Positions 39,741 to 52,137 of a DNA stretch of 64,000 nucleotides are shown in pieces. The notes under the pieces are model-generated. The model did no database searches. It worked only from the letters and a program-made list of their open reading frames with translations, and had not been told where the DNA came from. The position numbers and the translations under genes were made by a program. How positions within the stretch are numbered: the stretch's first letter is position 1; each line of letters opens with the position of its first letter. Location: assembly GCA_013265495.1 (NCBI GenBank), contig MU058584.1:4346508-4410507 (forward strand), written 5' to 3'. The stretch is from Vicugna vicugna (taxonomy: Eukaryota).

Positions 39741-41071
39741 ATGTCGGGCTTAGGGCGTATAACTTGCCCAAGGTCACTCCATAACAAGGTCCAGGGAGGC
39801 AGGGCTGCAGCTGGTGCTGCTTGATCCAAAGCCTTGTTCTTAACCACTCTGCCCTGCGGCTTCTCAAAGAGAACAATCTAACTTCTTCCTTGTTCAAATA
39901 AAGGTGCTGTGTGGGTGAAATGATGGAGGTAGGCTGTGGAAACAGGTGCCCAGCTGGAGGCCTCAACTTCAGTTTGGAAGACCATATGGTGACTTTATCT
40001 ACTGAAAAGTGTGTCATAAATAACACCTTCCTAGTAAAGCATTCAAGTTTTCCCGATTTATTTTATAGATTACCGTGGATTCACTGCAAGCTCCTGGCTT
40101 GCAGACATGGATGCTTTCTTCAGCGCAGGCTCGCCTGTGGGGGTGAATCCCCTGTGAACCACATCACATGTGATGTGGCCAAAGAGACCAGAGCTGCTCC
40201 TTCCCCCAGCACACAGGGCAGTATAATGACATCTTCCGGGTTCTCTCATCTCTAAGTTTTGGGCTGAGGCTCTGATTTCCAAGCTGCACGGGGAACAGAC
40301 CAACCGAATCCACACATGCATATTTCTGAGGATGGCTACAGCCCTAGGGAGCGGGCTTAGCGGTGTTTCAAAGGTAACCTCAGGTGCTCTCTTGCCTTCT
40401 GACTCTAGGCGATCACATTGCCAACTGGATTTAGGAACCAATGACAGGGCAGCTGTCTTGGCTACCAGGGGGAGAAGGAGGTTTCCAGTTATGGGGGGAG
40501 TTGTCAGGTTTGCTCACTGGTTACCAAGGAAACCAGCTGAGGGGCACATCCCTCATAACCCCTAGGGTTAAGACTCATGGACAGGTGTTTCCTTTTGATA
40601 AACAGGATGCAGCTGTTTTGGCCTAAGGATTAGAACGATCACTAGCTGGGGGTAGGGGACAGGTTGTGCAGGTAACGTACAGACAGCAAGACAGCAGCCA
40701 TCGTGAGTGGCCTGACCACACACTCCACCCCTACACACCCTGCACAACCCTCACAGTCTTGGTCCACCCCTCTTCCTCAACATCCCTGGAGTCAGGTACG
40801 CAGAGGTAGACTGCAACCAGATACCACAGATACAATGCAGACAGCAGCAGCTAAATCTGATTAAGAGAAGGACACCTAATATGCTAAAGATGGTAGCTCT
40901 CCAGGGTGTGAGCGAAGTTTGGAGCCAAGAGCTTATTGGGTCAAAGGAGAGGGAGACAAAGACAGCAATGTCGAGTTCAGTTATAAGGAAACAAAGACCA
41001 CCTCTGGTTTCCACAAACCTAGAGCCACCCCCAAGGGGAGGGAAAAGCCCTGGCTTTAAAGAAAAACTTCT

Positions 41072-41590
41072 GGGGGTGGGAGGGTATAGCTCAAGGATAG
41101 AGTGCATGTTTAGCATGCATGAGGTCCTGGGTTTGTTAATTTAAAAAATAATTAAATAGAGGGGAGGTGCCAAGGTGGCAGAATAGAGGGGACTCACAGC
41201 TTGCCCTCTCCCACAAATATACCAAGAATTACATCTACAAACCCACGGAATCACACAGAACCTCTATTAAACTCTGGAAGAGTGTCTCTTGCTTTGAAAT
41301 ACAGGATTCTCACAAAATCCAATAAACAACAATTTCATACTATATAGCACAGGGAACCAATTATATTCAAGATCTTGTAGTAACCTATTGAAAAAAATAT
41401 GAAAACGAATATATGTATGTTCAGGTATGACTGAAGCACTATGCTGTACGCCAGAAATTGAAACAAGATTGTAAACTGACTACATGCCAATAAAAAAATA
41501 TATATATATATATATAAATTAAATAAATAAACCTAGTTTACCACCCCCGCCCCTGCAAAAAAACAAAAACAACAACAAAAACAGAACACT
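41072..41590 (+). mobile_element. tRNA-derived SINE split by an insertion at 41159-41516
   Basis: Head at 41072-41158; the tail aaataaataaacctagtttaccacccccgcccctgc(A)n resumes at 41521. Confidence 0.8.
41159..41516 (+). mobile_element. Bipartite L1-derived element (L1 5' end joined to L1 3' end)
   Basis: 5' part gaggggaggtgccaaggtggcagaatag...ctctcccacaaatatacc resembles an L1 5'UTR start. From ~41321 it matches the L1 3' end also seen at 39550-39720. Flanked by aattaaata at 41150-41158 and 41517-41525. Confidence 0.65.
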
Positions 41591-43614
41591 AAAGAAAGCA
41601 TGCTGGTGGCCTAGCCAAGAGTCAGCAGTCACAGTACAGGTCTGCCACCCTATGTTATGTTGGGTACCATTTAGGGATGGACCCATTAGGTCCTTCCAAA
41701 GAAAAAGCAATGAATTCCACAGCAAGGACGTCGGTGGCCAGGAGCCAGCCTATTCCACTCCACACAGCATGGCCTGGGAGGGCTTGCGGGCAGTCACCCT
41801 GGCAAAGTGTGTATGTTGTACAGTAACGTTTACTGACAGGAGTCCTTCTGATGTACTGGCATGTGGGGTATAAGGTGGTGACAGTCTTTTCCCCACATGG
41901 CCAGCTGTCCCCACATGGGTGGGGAAGCCAGGTCAGTTTTCAGTGGAAGTCCGGAGAAGGATGGCAGCAGCATCTTGCTGCAGACCCAGCAGTTAGACTC
42001 ATTTTGCCGTCAGGCCGGCGTTGCCACCCAGTCCCTGAATAGATTTCCTCCACTCAGGCCAGGGATGAAATGCTAGACATGTAACAGGCACAACACAGGG
42101 GAGGTCACGGCCATGAAGCAAAATTCAAGCAGTAACTGCATTCACAAGTCATTGATGGGCATGGGACTGTAAAAGCAAAAAAAAAAAAAAGTTATTGTTA
42201 AAAAATTGGACTGTTACCCCCTGAACATATGAAGGATTCATAGCCCCAGTCCCAGAATATATACTTGGGATGGATGTGGTAGCAGATCTCACCTTACAAA
42301 CTACAGCAGGGGAATTTCACCTACAAGTGTGAACGATAAAGGGGATTAGCAGAGGCTTTGCCAAAAGGACCCTTATTAGATCATCTTAAGTATACAACAG
42401 AACTGAAGGAAATTAATGGGAATTCATATTTCCCGCTTAAGAAGGGCCTCTACACTGGACTGGTCTATAGAAAAGACTACTGACCCCAAATGACATCCAC
42501 ACCAGGACGAGAAAAAGATGATAACAGTGGTAGGCAACTGACCCCCAAATCCCAGTCAGACCACAGAACCAGTTGACATTTCCATATATGAATGTACACT
42601 AGTGGACACCAGGGCTAAAACAGTTTGCCTATTTGGGGACTGATAAATAGTTAATTTTTGTGAGGCCTCTGGTCCCCTGAAACCTGCATCACTGTGGCCC
42701 AGGACCTTCTGGGACCTTGGCCAAACCCCTAATCCAGTGGCCTTGGGGGCGGGTACATTCCTTCTACCGCTGAAGGTAGGGCTTCATCCTTTGGAAGCAT
42801 GGAAGGAGTGGCTTGGGTCTCATATTGGTAAACTGTTGTTCAGGCTTCAGCGTCTGCCACAGCTCCACTAATGTGGCAGGGGGCCGCTTATCTATTTTGT
42901 TTATGGGGATCCGCACCACCACTAGGTCTTGCCACATCTGTTTTCTAGTTACTCAGGTGGGTCCCCAGGAGAAGCAAGGAGTCGTCTTACTTCCTTCTTC
43001 TGCATCTCGGGCATTGGTGGCTCTGAAAGATATGCTGGTGCCGTATCTTTTCTATTTCTGCCCCATATAAATGCTGCCAGAGGGCCAGGTGCCCAGCACA
43101 GAGGCCATTTTTGACATCTGGCCAGTTAACATAATGCCTTCTCTGCCAACATCCCATATACGGAGCAACCAAACCGCGACTGATTCCCTCCCTCCCCTTT
43201 TGTCTAAATTCGTTGCCCAGTTCAACTAGTTCAGCCAGGTGGTCAGTCTCCTCCACTCTGGGGGAGGGACCAGATCGTCATCTACACCTTGTGGTCTAGG
43301 CTGATCTGATTTATATTTTGTGGTCACCACCGAGCCAGACACTGGCCTTACTGGGACTTCTAGTGAGGGATTTCTACGACCTCATCCTAATCTTCTTCCT
43401 CATCAGTGCTCTCAGGAGAGCCCTACACTTTGAGGTCCCCACCTGGACCGGCTATGACCATCCGGACTCTGTCGGGGAGGCCTGGGGAAGGCTGCTTCCC
43501 CTTTCGCTGGGCCACGTGGTGGGCTAATGTCTCTCACTTCCCATCTTGTTCCCACAATCTGGCCACTGACACATCTGCAGTTTTGATTTGGGCTAGCCTA
43601 GTGTTTCTTTTGAG

Positions 43615-43752
43615 GTTTTTTTTTTTTTTGGTGGTGGTGGTGAGGTAATTAATTAGGTTTGTTTAATATTTTTTTTAATGGAGGTACTGGGGATTGAACC
43701 CAGGACCTCATGCAGGCTATGCATGTGCTCTACCACTGAGCTATACCCTCCT
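43615..43752 (-). mobile_element. tRNA-derived SINE (Vic-1-like) inside the provirus
   Basis: Poly(T), then taattaggtttgttt...ggaggtactggggattgaacccaggacctc...tgagctataccctc. Confidence 0.88.
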
Positions 43753-44798
43753 CTAGACGCCTAACCTTGGCTTTGACCACTAGCTCAGTTAGCTGTGGCC
43801 TTTCTTAACATATGCAAGCAACGGCCAGCCCACAGGTGCAGCCACTGCCTTGTTGTCTAATTTCTTTTTTCCTGCTACAATAGAGGCCAATAGCTTTGCA
43901 ATAAATATCCTTAGGGGTGTCTGTGAGTTCTCCATACTCTCTTGGTGGTCCCCATTCATCAAGGACAGCCACCACGGGGCCCCACATGCTAGTGGACGGC
44001 CACCCTGGGAATCCCCCATGACTTTCCCCTTTCCCTTAATTCCCAGCATCTTGGTGTTCACGGGAGTTTCCTTGGCCTCCTGTCTGGCTTGACAATTGTT
44101 GGGCTGCACCCCACAGGCCTGCAAGACCAAAGAAAGAGCTCAAAGGGACCAACAGTAACATCAGTGGTTCATGGGAAAGGGGATCTTACCTGTCTGAAGC
44201 AAAGTCCTGGAGCGACACCCCACTGCGGACAACAGACAGCAGGCAGGACGGCAGCAGCCTTTGCTACCAGGGGGCGGGAGTAGGACGTTGGCAGTTATAG
44301 GAGGAATTGACGTCAGGTTGGCTCATTGATTACCAGGGGGAACCAGGGGGAGGAGCAAGTCCCTCATAGCCCCCTGGGGCAGATGTTTCCCTTAAGCAAA
44401 CTAGCGGAGTGGAGCTGTTCTGGCCTAAAGGATTAGAACAATCATTGCTGATGGGGAGGAAGGTGGGCGGGGCCAGGCAGGTGGGCAGTTACTGGTTAGG
44501 CTCCCTGATTAAGCGGGAAGGTCAGTCAGGTGTGCAGGGTGTAAATGAGGCGGAGACTGGGAGCAGGGGACCTACAGAGACCAAGAGAGACGCCACCTGG
44601 AGTGGCCTGATCATACAGCGGGCTTCCCCACACACGTTTTTCTGGTATATTCAAAGTTTTTTATTATGAAGAATTTCAAACATGCACAGAAGAAGAAAGA
44701 ATAGTAAAATCAACTTTCCTACCCGCATCCTCAATAATCACCTCATCCACCCTTTTTCCCTTTCTCCTCTGTTCTGATTCATTTTAAAATAAATCTCC

Positions 44799-44905
44799 GG
44801 GGTGGGGGTGTAGAGCTCAGTGGTAGAGCGTGTGCTGAGCAGGCACGAGGTCCTGTGTGTAATCCCCAGTGCCTCTGTTTAAAAAAATAATAAATAAATA
44901 AGTCT
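44799..44905 (+). mobile_element. tRNA-derived SINE (Vic-1-like)
   Basis: gggggtgtagagctcagtggtagagcg...aatccccagtgcctc followed by an A-rich tail. Confidence 0.82.
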
Positions 44906-47269
44906 CTAAATCGTATCCATTCACCCCCTACGTTCTTTGACGTGCATCTTTTTAAAAATATGGTCATTTTCTTACATAACCTTAATGTTTTGTCACATTC
45001 AATAGAAACATTTAAAAAAACGTTTAAACAAACAATGTCTTGATTTCCTCTAATACTCTGTTCATACTCAAATTCCCCCTTGTTTCAAAAATGTCATTTT
45101 TCCAAGTGGTTTCTTCAAATCAGGATCCAAAGATGGTTCCAGTAAAGATGTCTTGCCTGTTTGAAAACCAAAAATGAGACCACGACGCTGTGCAGTTTCT
45201 CCCCTTGGCGTTGTCAGAGCAGCTTGCGTGTGAGCATGGAAAGAACTAGGCCATCATTATTAACACCTGCGGGGCCTTCACTTGTATAGATGCGCCATAA
45301 ACCGGGTCTGGATATTTAGGTTGTTTCTGATTGTCTTGTTTTTGTCTATTACAGGAGGTCCTGTAATTGTCATTTGTCCAGTGTGAACTATTAAAGAAAA
45401 AAAAAAGCCAAATGCAAATCACTTGCAGCCACAGAAAAGTAGCTCAGGATGAGAGACAAGTCCCCCTGGACCTTGGAAATGGGATCTAAGTCTGAGGCCG
45501 GCGATCGAGCTCCCTCCCCTCCTCACATCCTTCCAAAGCCATCTGTGGGGCAGCCGCTCTCAAGTCGGAGTCAGGTTGTAAGGAAAACAATGGGGGCGGA
45601 AGGCAGGAGGGCGCTCTAGAACCTCTGGGAGCCCTGGCTGTGTTTACAGGGAAGGAAGCACAAATCTTTCAAGCTCGGAGTCCCAGGGGAGCTGTGGCTT
45701 CTAGTGTGTTTCCTCCTGCAGACAGGATGTTGAACTATTGTCCCTTCTTGGCTCAGGGTTTGGATTTGATTGTCCATCCATTTCTGCACTGTGGGCTTTG
45801 TGGACCTGGCCTTTCTTGTTCCAGAAAGGTCTGGGTTTTTTGGTTTTGTTTTTTTTTAATCTCCCAACATCTGGGAAGAGGAGGTCAGATGGGTTTAATA
45901 GTCTCACATTTGCTTTCCAGCCCTGCCCTCCAGTGCTGTGTGGCTAACACATTTGTGCTCATTTTGTCCTTTGGGGCATTAAGTCATTTCAGACATGGGT
46001 ACCTGAGTCACTGCTCTGCTGTGGGTGCAGAGGATGTGGCAAAGCTAAGGATGGTTTGCTTAAAGCCGAAGTTTTCCTTCCCCTGATAAGGACTCTGTGG
46101 ACACTGAGCTTTGAATATAGATTCATTCTTGGTTCTTTCTCTTGCTTTGAATAGAGTTTGGGGGGGTTGTATTTGGTTTTGTTTGTTTTTAGGTAGAGTT
46201 TCTTTCAACTAGATGAAAGAAACAAAAAAAATCTAAACTTATTTTATTGGGAATCGCTTAAAATGTACAACAGACCCAGAGGAATGTGGATCATTTTGCA
46301 AAACCCTGTCTTTGCTCTTGCTGGCCCAGCAGAACCCCAGAGGCCTTGTTTATAACATGCCTGGATGGTTCCCATCTGTGTAAAAAAATGCCCTGGCCTT
46401 TTTTACGTGTAAGCCATTCCTAAAGGAAGTAGGTCTGGCAGAGGGGGAGATGGCTCTGAAAAGCTTGCTGGAGGATCTTGGTCCCAAAGAATGTAAAACA
46501 TCTGTGGAACACAAGCATGCTGGCAGCCCGCAAGTGTCACACTGCTCCACATCCTTTCTCTGAGGCAGCCAACCTGAGCTCCCAAGGTAAAGGATATGAC
46601 CCAGCATCGCATCATCAGGAAGGAGCACACACTGCAGAGGGCGCAGCGTGAATCCGCGGACACAGGACACCTCAGGACACGCCAGGCTCTCAGACAGCAG
46701 GCTGAGCTCATGATTTAATGTTGGTTAATTGAGGTGGAGCAAGAGAGAAAAAAGCCCAAGGGGGAAAAGTGAAGTAAACCTAGGAGCAGAGCTAGCGCTT
46801 GGCTGGAAATAACCGGCCTCCTTCCATGTCCTCTCTAAAAAAATAACCATAAGAGAAAGTGAAAGATTTGGGTTCGTTGAAAATTTTCTATTTCAATGCA
46901 CTTCAGGCTTTTAGATTATGACTCTTCCAGGGCCACCTGTCAGGCCTCCTCCTCCCTGTCAGCCTGCTTGCATTAAAGTCATTGCAAATGCAATCCCTTC
47001 CTGTGGAGGCGAAGGCCTGGTAAAGCAACCGAGCTGCTGTGGGACCGGGGCATTACACTGACATCTGCTTGGTTATGAAGCACTATTTTGACATCCTGGA
47101 ATCACATTAACTGGAGGAATACATATTGGCAAGAGGTTCAGCCTAAGTGGCCTGGTATATTTTCTCTTATATATTAGTAATTCCCCTCTGATCCAAGCTG
47201 GTATTATTTTCTGCCATGCAAATATCCCAGTTCAACCTTCAGTGGACTGTTTTGGCATTTTAAAGTTAA

Positions 47270-47465
47270 AGCCTTTATTGTACTGTCCTATTATAATAGC
47301 CACTGGTTGCATGCAACCATTAATTTAATTAAAATTAAATTTAAAATTCAGATCTTCACACTAACCCCATTTTAAGTACTCTGCAGCTATGTGTGGCAGT
47401 GGACCGTGCAGATAGAGTATTTCCCTCATCACAGGAAGTTCTGTTGGACCGCAACGTTGTAGACC
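47270..47465. mobile_element. MER3-like DNA transposon relic
   Basis: ctgtcctattataatagccact...aattaaaattaaatttaaaattcag...tatttcc.tcatcacaggaagttctgttggac. Confidence 0.55.
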
Positions 47466-49410
47466 AGGCAGGAGTTGTCAAACTTTTGGATAGTTGTGCC
47501 AGGTTACACACACACATGCTCACAGTGTCTCCCCACACCCCTCTTTGGCTTGCTATGGAGGCATGGTGGGTGGGGAAGGGGCTACACCTCCCAGTAGTGG
47601 TCCTGGAGGTCACTAGTCTCGGGCGGGTAGATAGAGTTACACTCCGTCACTCTCTCAGTCAACCTTTATTACTTACTGTGTCCCCCACACTGAGGATGTG
47701 TAGGATGTAACTGTGAACAAGACAAGAACATGCTGATAGCCTTCTAATGCTTGGCCCTATGCCAAGTGGGATACCAAGATGATGGGAGACAGAATCTCTG
47801 CCTTTGATGAACTCAGAGAGGAGACAGCCCCACACCAACAGGTCCAGGCAGTATAGAGAGAGCAGCTCGGAGGAGGAAGGAGAAATAGCCGGGGAATAAC
47901 AGGGAGAAACGAATGCACCTAACTCAGTGGTCAGGGAGAAGGTGCACTGGGGCAGAAGCATTTGAAAGTAAGATGGGAGAAGCCCACATGACTCTGGGAA
48001 AGACCATGCCAGCTAGAGGGACCAGCCCAAATCTTCAGGATAGAAGAGAGTGAGGCCGCTGTGACTGCAGCATTGGATTTGGTGGGGAGCCAGGCCTTGA
48101 AAGCCTTCCACTCCAAGCTAAGAAACTGGGATGTTGTCCTGAAGGCAAACAGGACTTTCAGCAGAGGAGAAACAGATGGGGATTTGCAGTTCGGCAAGCT
48201 TAGCCTGCCAGCTGGTGGAGGAGGGACGTCTGAAAGTGAGCGGCCAGTGAATGACGTGGCTACTGCCGAGCTCAGGCAGAGAGGACCGACCTGGGTTTTC
48301 AGCAGTGGTGGGGATAGAGACCAAGCGGAGGGGTCTGAGAAGTATTAGGAAGAATGGTAAAGGGCATTGGCAGAAAATGATGGGCTGGGGGATTAAAGAG
48401 AGAGGAATCCTGCTGAGCAGTGACTGGTACCGTCAACAGAGATGGCAAACTGGGCCACGAGTAGGTGATCCTAAGGGGAGGCGGGGTTGAACGGTTGGAG
48501 CTGGGGAGGGGTGGGGTGAATATGATAGTCCGGATAGTCCAGGAAACACGCAAGTGCTTGAAACGTCCCAGTCCTTAGCTTACAGGACCTTTCTCTGTGT
48601 GTTTGTTCCTTTTGAACAGCCTCCTTGAAAAGCCAATCTCTGATTTTTTTTTTTAACCTCCTTTGATATCTTTCAAGTCAGAGCCCTTATCTCTATCTCC
48701 ACTGTCCCTTCTTTATTGCAGGACATCCTATTCCAAGCTTGCAACAGCAACCATCTCCCAGCCTTCATCTTGGCCCAATTTACTTCCAATCCATTCTCAA
48801 CAAGAGAGGATGGTCTTTCTAAACAGAAATGTGGTCCATGCACTTCCTCAGTAAAACCATTCAGTGACTCCTACGTCACTGGCAGGGTAAGGTCTCTGGC
48901 CCTAAACCACCTGGCCCTCAAGGCCTTTAATGATCCAGATCCTACTGTCCCCATGTCCTCATGCACACGCCTCCCCTCACCTAGCAGAGTTCCGTCCAGA
49001 CCACATGGGAGAAGCCGGGCTCTCCATGGCCTCCATCCGGCACTGAACACCAGGTCCCCCCATGGAAAGTCGTCACCTGGCTAAATACTATTTCCTCTTC
49101 CCGGAAGCTTTCGAGAAACTTCTAAAGCCACATGAGGGTGCATACCTCTACATTTGCTCTCTGGCTAACGCTGTGCAATGTCCTCCATAACTCTGCATTT
49201 TAATTGTCTGTTTGTTTCTTCAGCCCCATTTGAGTGCTTTACCTGAATTAACTCATACCTACCTTATAAGGTAAACACTGTCATCGTCCCCATCTTACAA
49301 ACAAGGGAACTGAGACACAGAGAAGTTAAATAACTTGCCCAGGGACACAAAGCTAGCAATTAGTAGTACGGAGATCCAATCCAGGGAGGCCTCCCTCAGG
49401 TCTGTATCTG

Positions 49411-49864
49411 TGTAAAGAAAAGAAAAACATTCCCTGCCATTCATTCCTGTTCTTCAAGGACTAAGCCATTAGCCATTGCAGTCGCCCATCAACAGTGAGC
49501 CTGGGAGGAACTGAGGATGGAGGAAAACAGGAAGCACTCTGTGCTTTGGTTTCCGGCCCTGGATGGTTAAGAAACATATTTATAGAAAAGTTTCAAAGAC
49601 CCCCAGATTCTTGCATCTTCCCATACATAGAAAAGCACTAAAATCATTAATTTGAAATGTCTGTTCTTTGTGCTTAGCAGTAATCTTTTTATGTTTGACC
49701 ACATGTTTTTTCTTCCCCCAGGAAAAAAGTCCTTATAGTCCTGGCTCCTCCCTTACCTCTCTGTAACAATTTCTCAGAGCTACCTGAGAGGCTGTCTCCG
49801 GCAATGCAGTCCTCAGTAAGACACTGAACAAACTCAACCCACGGCTCTTATGCTTTTTCCAACA
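49411..49864 (+). mobile_element. Solo LTR, same family as 55271-56150
   Basis: TGTAAAG start; shares actaagccattag, ccatacatagaaaagc.ctaaaatcattaa and cctggctcctcccttac with the 55.3-56.1 kb copy. Confidence 0.7.
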
Positions 49865-50604
49865 TATTAGGGGCGGGGTAGGGTAATTGGCTTTATTTAT
49901 TTAGTGTGTGTGTTTTAAAAATCGACACCTATAACTACTTTGCAGACTGTTTCTTATTCATTATTGTAACCCTAGTACAAAGCCTGGCTAGTACAGTGGA
50001 TAAGTAATTTTTGTTCATATAGTTTATTTGTTCAATAAGTATTAGGTTCCTGCTTTTAAGAGTGCCTGTAAGAATTAACTTGAGATGATCAAATGCAACT
50101 ATTCTTTAATTCACTAATGCACACTTTCTGAGCACTTACTACATGTCCAGGCACTGATCTTGAGATACAGAATGAGGAAGGAGGCTCTGCCCTCTAGGAG
50201 TTCATAGACTTGGGGAGGAGAGTTAGTTCAAAGACTTATGTTGAAAGAAAGAAAGAGAGGCGGGGAGGAGGGGAGGAAGAGAGAGGAAAGAAAGGAAGGA
50301 AGGAAGGAAGGGAGGAAGGAAAGCAGGTAGGAAAGAGCAGAAAAGAAAAAGATCATCACTTCTCCATCACCCTCTGTTCCTGAAAGCTTCATGAATTATC
50401 TGCCTTCTCCTAAAAAGAATTCTAGCCAGAATCTACTTTCTCAGTGATGTTCTTGACAATGCTAGAAGCTTCCTGTAGGTAATGAGGGGAGTTGCTGTGG
50501 AGGCTGATGCGGTTCTAAGCACTGAGGCTGTGGGTCTGAAGACAAAAAACCTGCAGAGCTTGACCAGAAACCCTTCCTTTGGCACAGTCCTAGCAAAGAG
50601 CCGG

Positions 50605-50623
50605 TGCCGCCATCTGCTGGCCA
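50605..50623 (-). promoter_or_regulatory. CTCF-binding motif
   Basis: Minus strand TGGCCAGCAGATGGCGGCA matches the core consensus CCASYAGRKGGCRS at all positions. Confidence 0.65.
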
Positions 50624-52131
50624 CAGAGATGCACCCCTGCCCCGCCGGCGGATAGGAGGCGGAACAGCAGCCTGATGGGGCGGGAAGGGAACCTGTCACT
50701 ACCTGCTGAGCTTAGAGGTGAGGAAACCGATGTAAAGGTCCCATAACTGGTTTGTTTTGTAGTCGGGGCCGAAGCCAAGTTCAGGATTCCCGTAAAGCCT
50801 GATGCCCGCTCCTCTGGATACAGACCCATGGAATGTAAAATCTTTAAATTTCAGTTTGGCCTTTTCCTCCTGCTTCCTCTGTTCTCTCTTTGCTCAGTCC
50901 TTGGGGAACGACCTCACTGCACTTCCAGTAGCAGCCTGCCCTCCCGATGCCTACCTCCTCCCAGTCTGCGCTTTGGCTTGGTCGGAAGCCAATAAAGTGA
51001 CGTGAAAGAAGTTTCTGAAGTTTTGGAGGATGGAGGATTGTGGACACAGCCCAGCCCCCAGCGTCTCACTGGAGGACTCCATCTAGGAGGAGCTAGGAGT
51101 GCAAGTGGGAGGGTCTGCCCGGGAAGGGGGTGTGGGCTGGGGGTCTGGAGGACAGCTCCTCACTTCCAGGACAGCGCCGCCTCTGGAGAGCGGACCCCCA
51201 GGCCCTTGGCCTACATCTCCTAGGAGCCCCATGTCACACACCTCTCTGCTAAAGGCCAAGCGTTGCTCACACTTGTCTCCTCGTGTGCACATTACTTACA
51301 CATTCTCTCTTACACATTCACCCATTTGCACCCCACACTTGCCCTCTACTCACACCCAGAAGGGACAGTGTAACCGAAATGACTTCAGGGGCAGTTCAGC
51401 CAAGCTTCTGCGATGCCTGAGTTTTGTATGTGTTACCCTCTTCACCATGTTCCGTTCGCTGTGTCCACACCTCTATTACATAATTCCAGTGAAATATGGA
51501 CTAACTGAGGTTTACTTGTGGGTCTGTTTCCTCTGCTGGACCTACGGGCCTACCAAGGTCCAGGATTGTGGCTTTTATGTCTTTGTATCTCAATCTCTGG
51601 TACCTCATCAATGCCTGATACATGGTGATTAGTCAAAAAAAATGTTAATTGAATGAGTAAATAAGTGAATGAATAAGACGAATGATATACAAAATAATGA
51701 AGGTAATTAGAAAGCAAGGAGTTTTTTATGTAGCACATGGAACAAGTATGCAAATTCCAGGATGACAGCTTTGAAGGAGACACTATTTACGTGAAGTTTA
51801 ATATATGATGTGTTTATGTTTAAAATTAGTCATCTGTCCTGGGTAAAGAAGTTGCGGTGAGTGGTATTCCACTGTCTATACATTTATATACATACAATGC
51901 AGAGAGGGGCTGAATCTAACATGTTCCACTTGCATCCTCAAAATACCTACAAAAACTGTTCTTTCTGCCAATGAAGAGAGACAGTAACTGCAGGTGGCTC
52001 TGGGGGCAGCTTCTCCAACATCTGGGAAATGAAGTTGCATGCTATCACTTTGCTAAATACAGAAATATATAAACCCTCAGCATGCAAAAGATACCTACAT
52101 GAAAATTACTAATATTTTCATTTTTCAGAAG

Positions 52132-52137
52132 TTTATT
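52132..52137 (-). terminator. Candidate ADCY10 polyadenylation signal
   Basis: tttatt on + (AATAAA on -), about 520 nt past the stop. An ATTAAA alternative lies near 52316-52321. Confidence 0.35.

Larger units (their letters stand above)
40430..44617 (-). mobile_element. Decayed, internally deleted class III-like (ERV-L/HERV-S type) provirus
   Basis: Two related LTRs (~40430-40722 and 44097-44617) share gctaccagggg, ggcctaa(a)ggattagaac and gagtggcctga..caca/taca. PBS-like TGTCAAGCCAGACAGGAG at 44094-44077; PPT-like AGGGGTGGAG next to the left LTR; gag-like WGPVVAVLDEWGPP and env TM-like ILGVLLLIRFSCCC remnants on the minus strand. Left boundary uncertain. Confidence 0.7.

Noticed and set aside
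51099..51632. 177-aa plus-strand ORF
   Set aside because: GTG start, low-complexity composition, runs into old repeat-like sequence, no recognisable homology.
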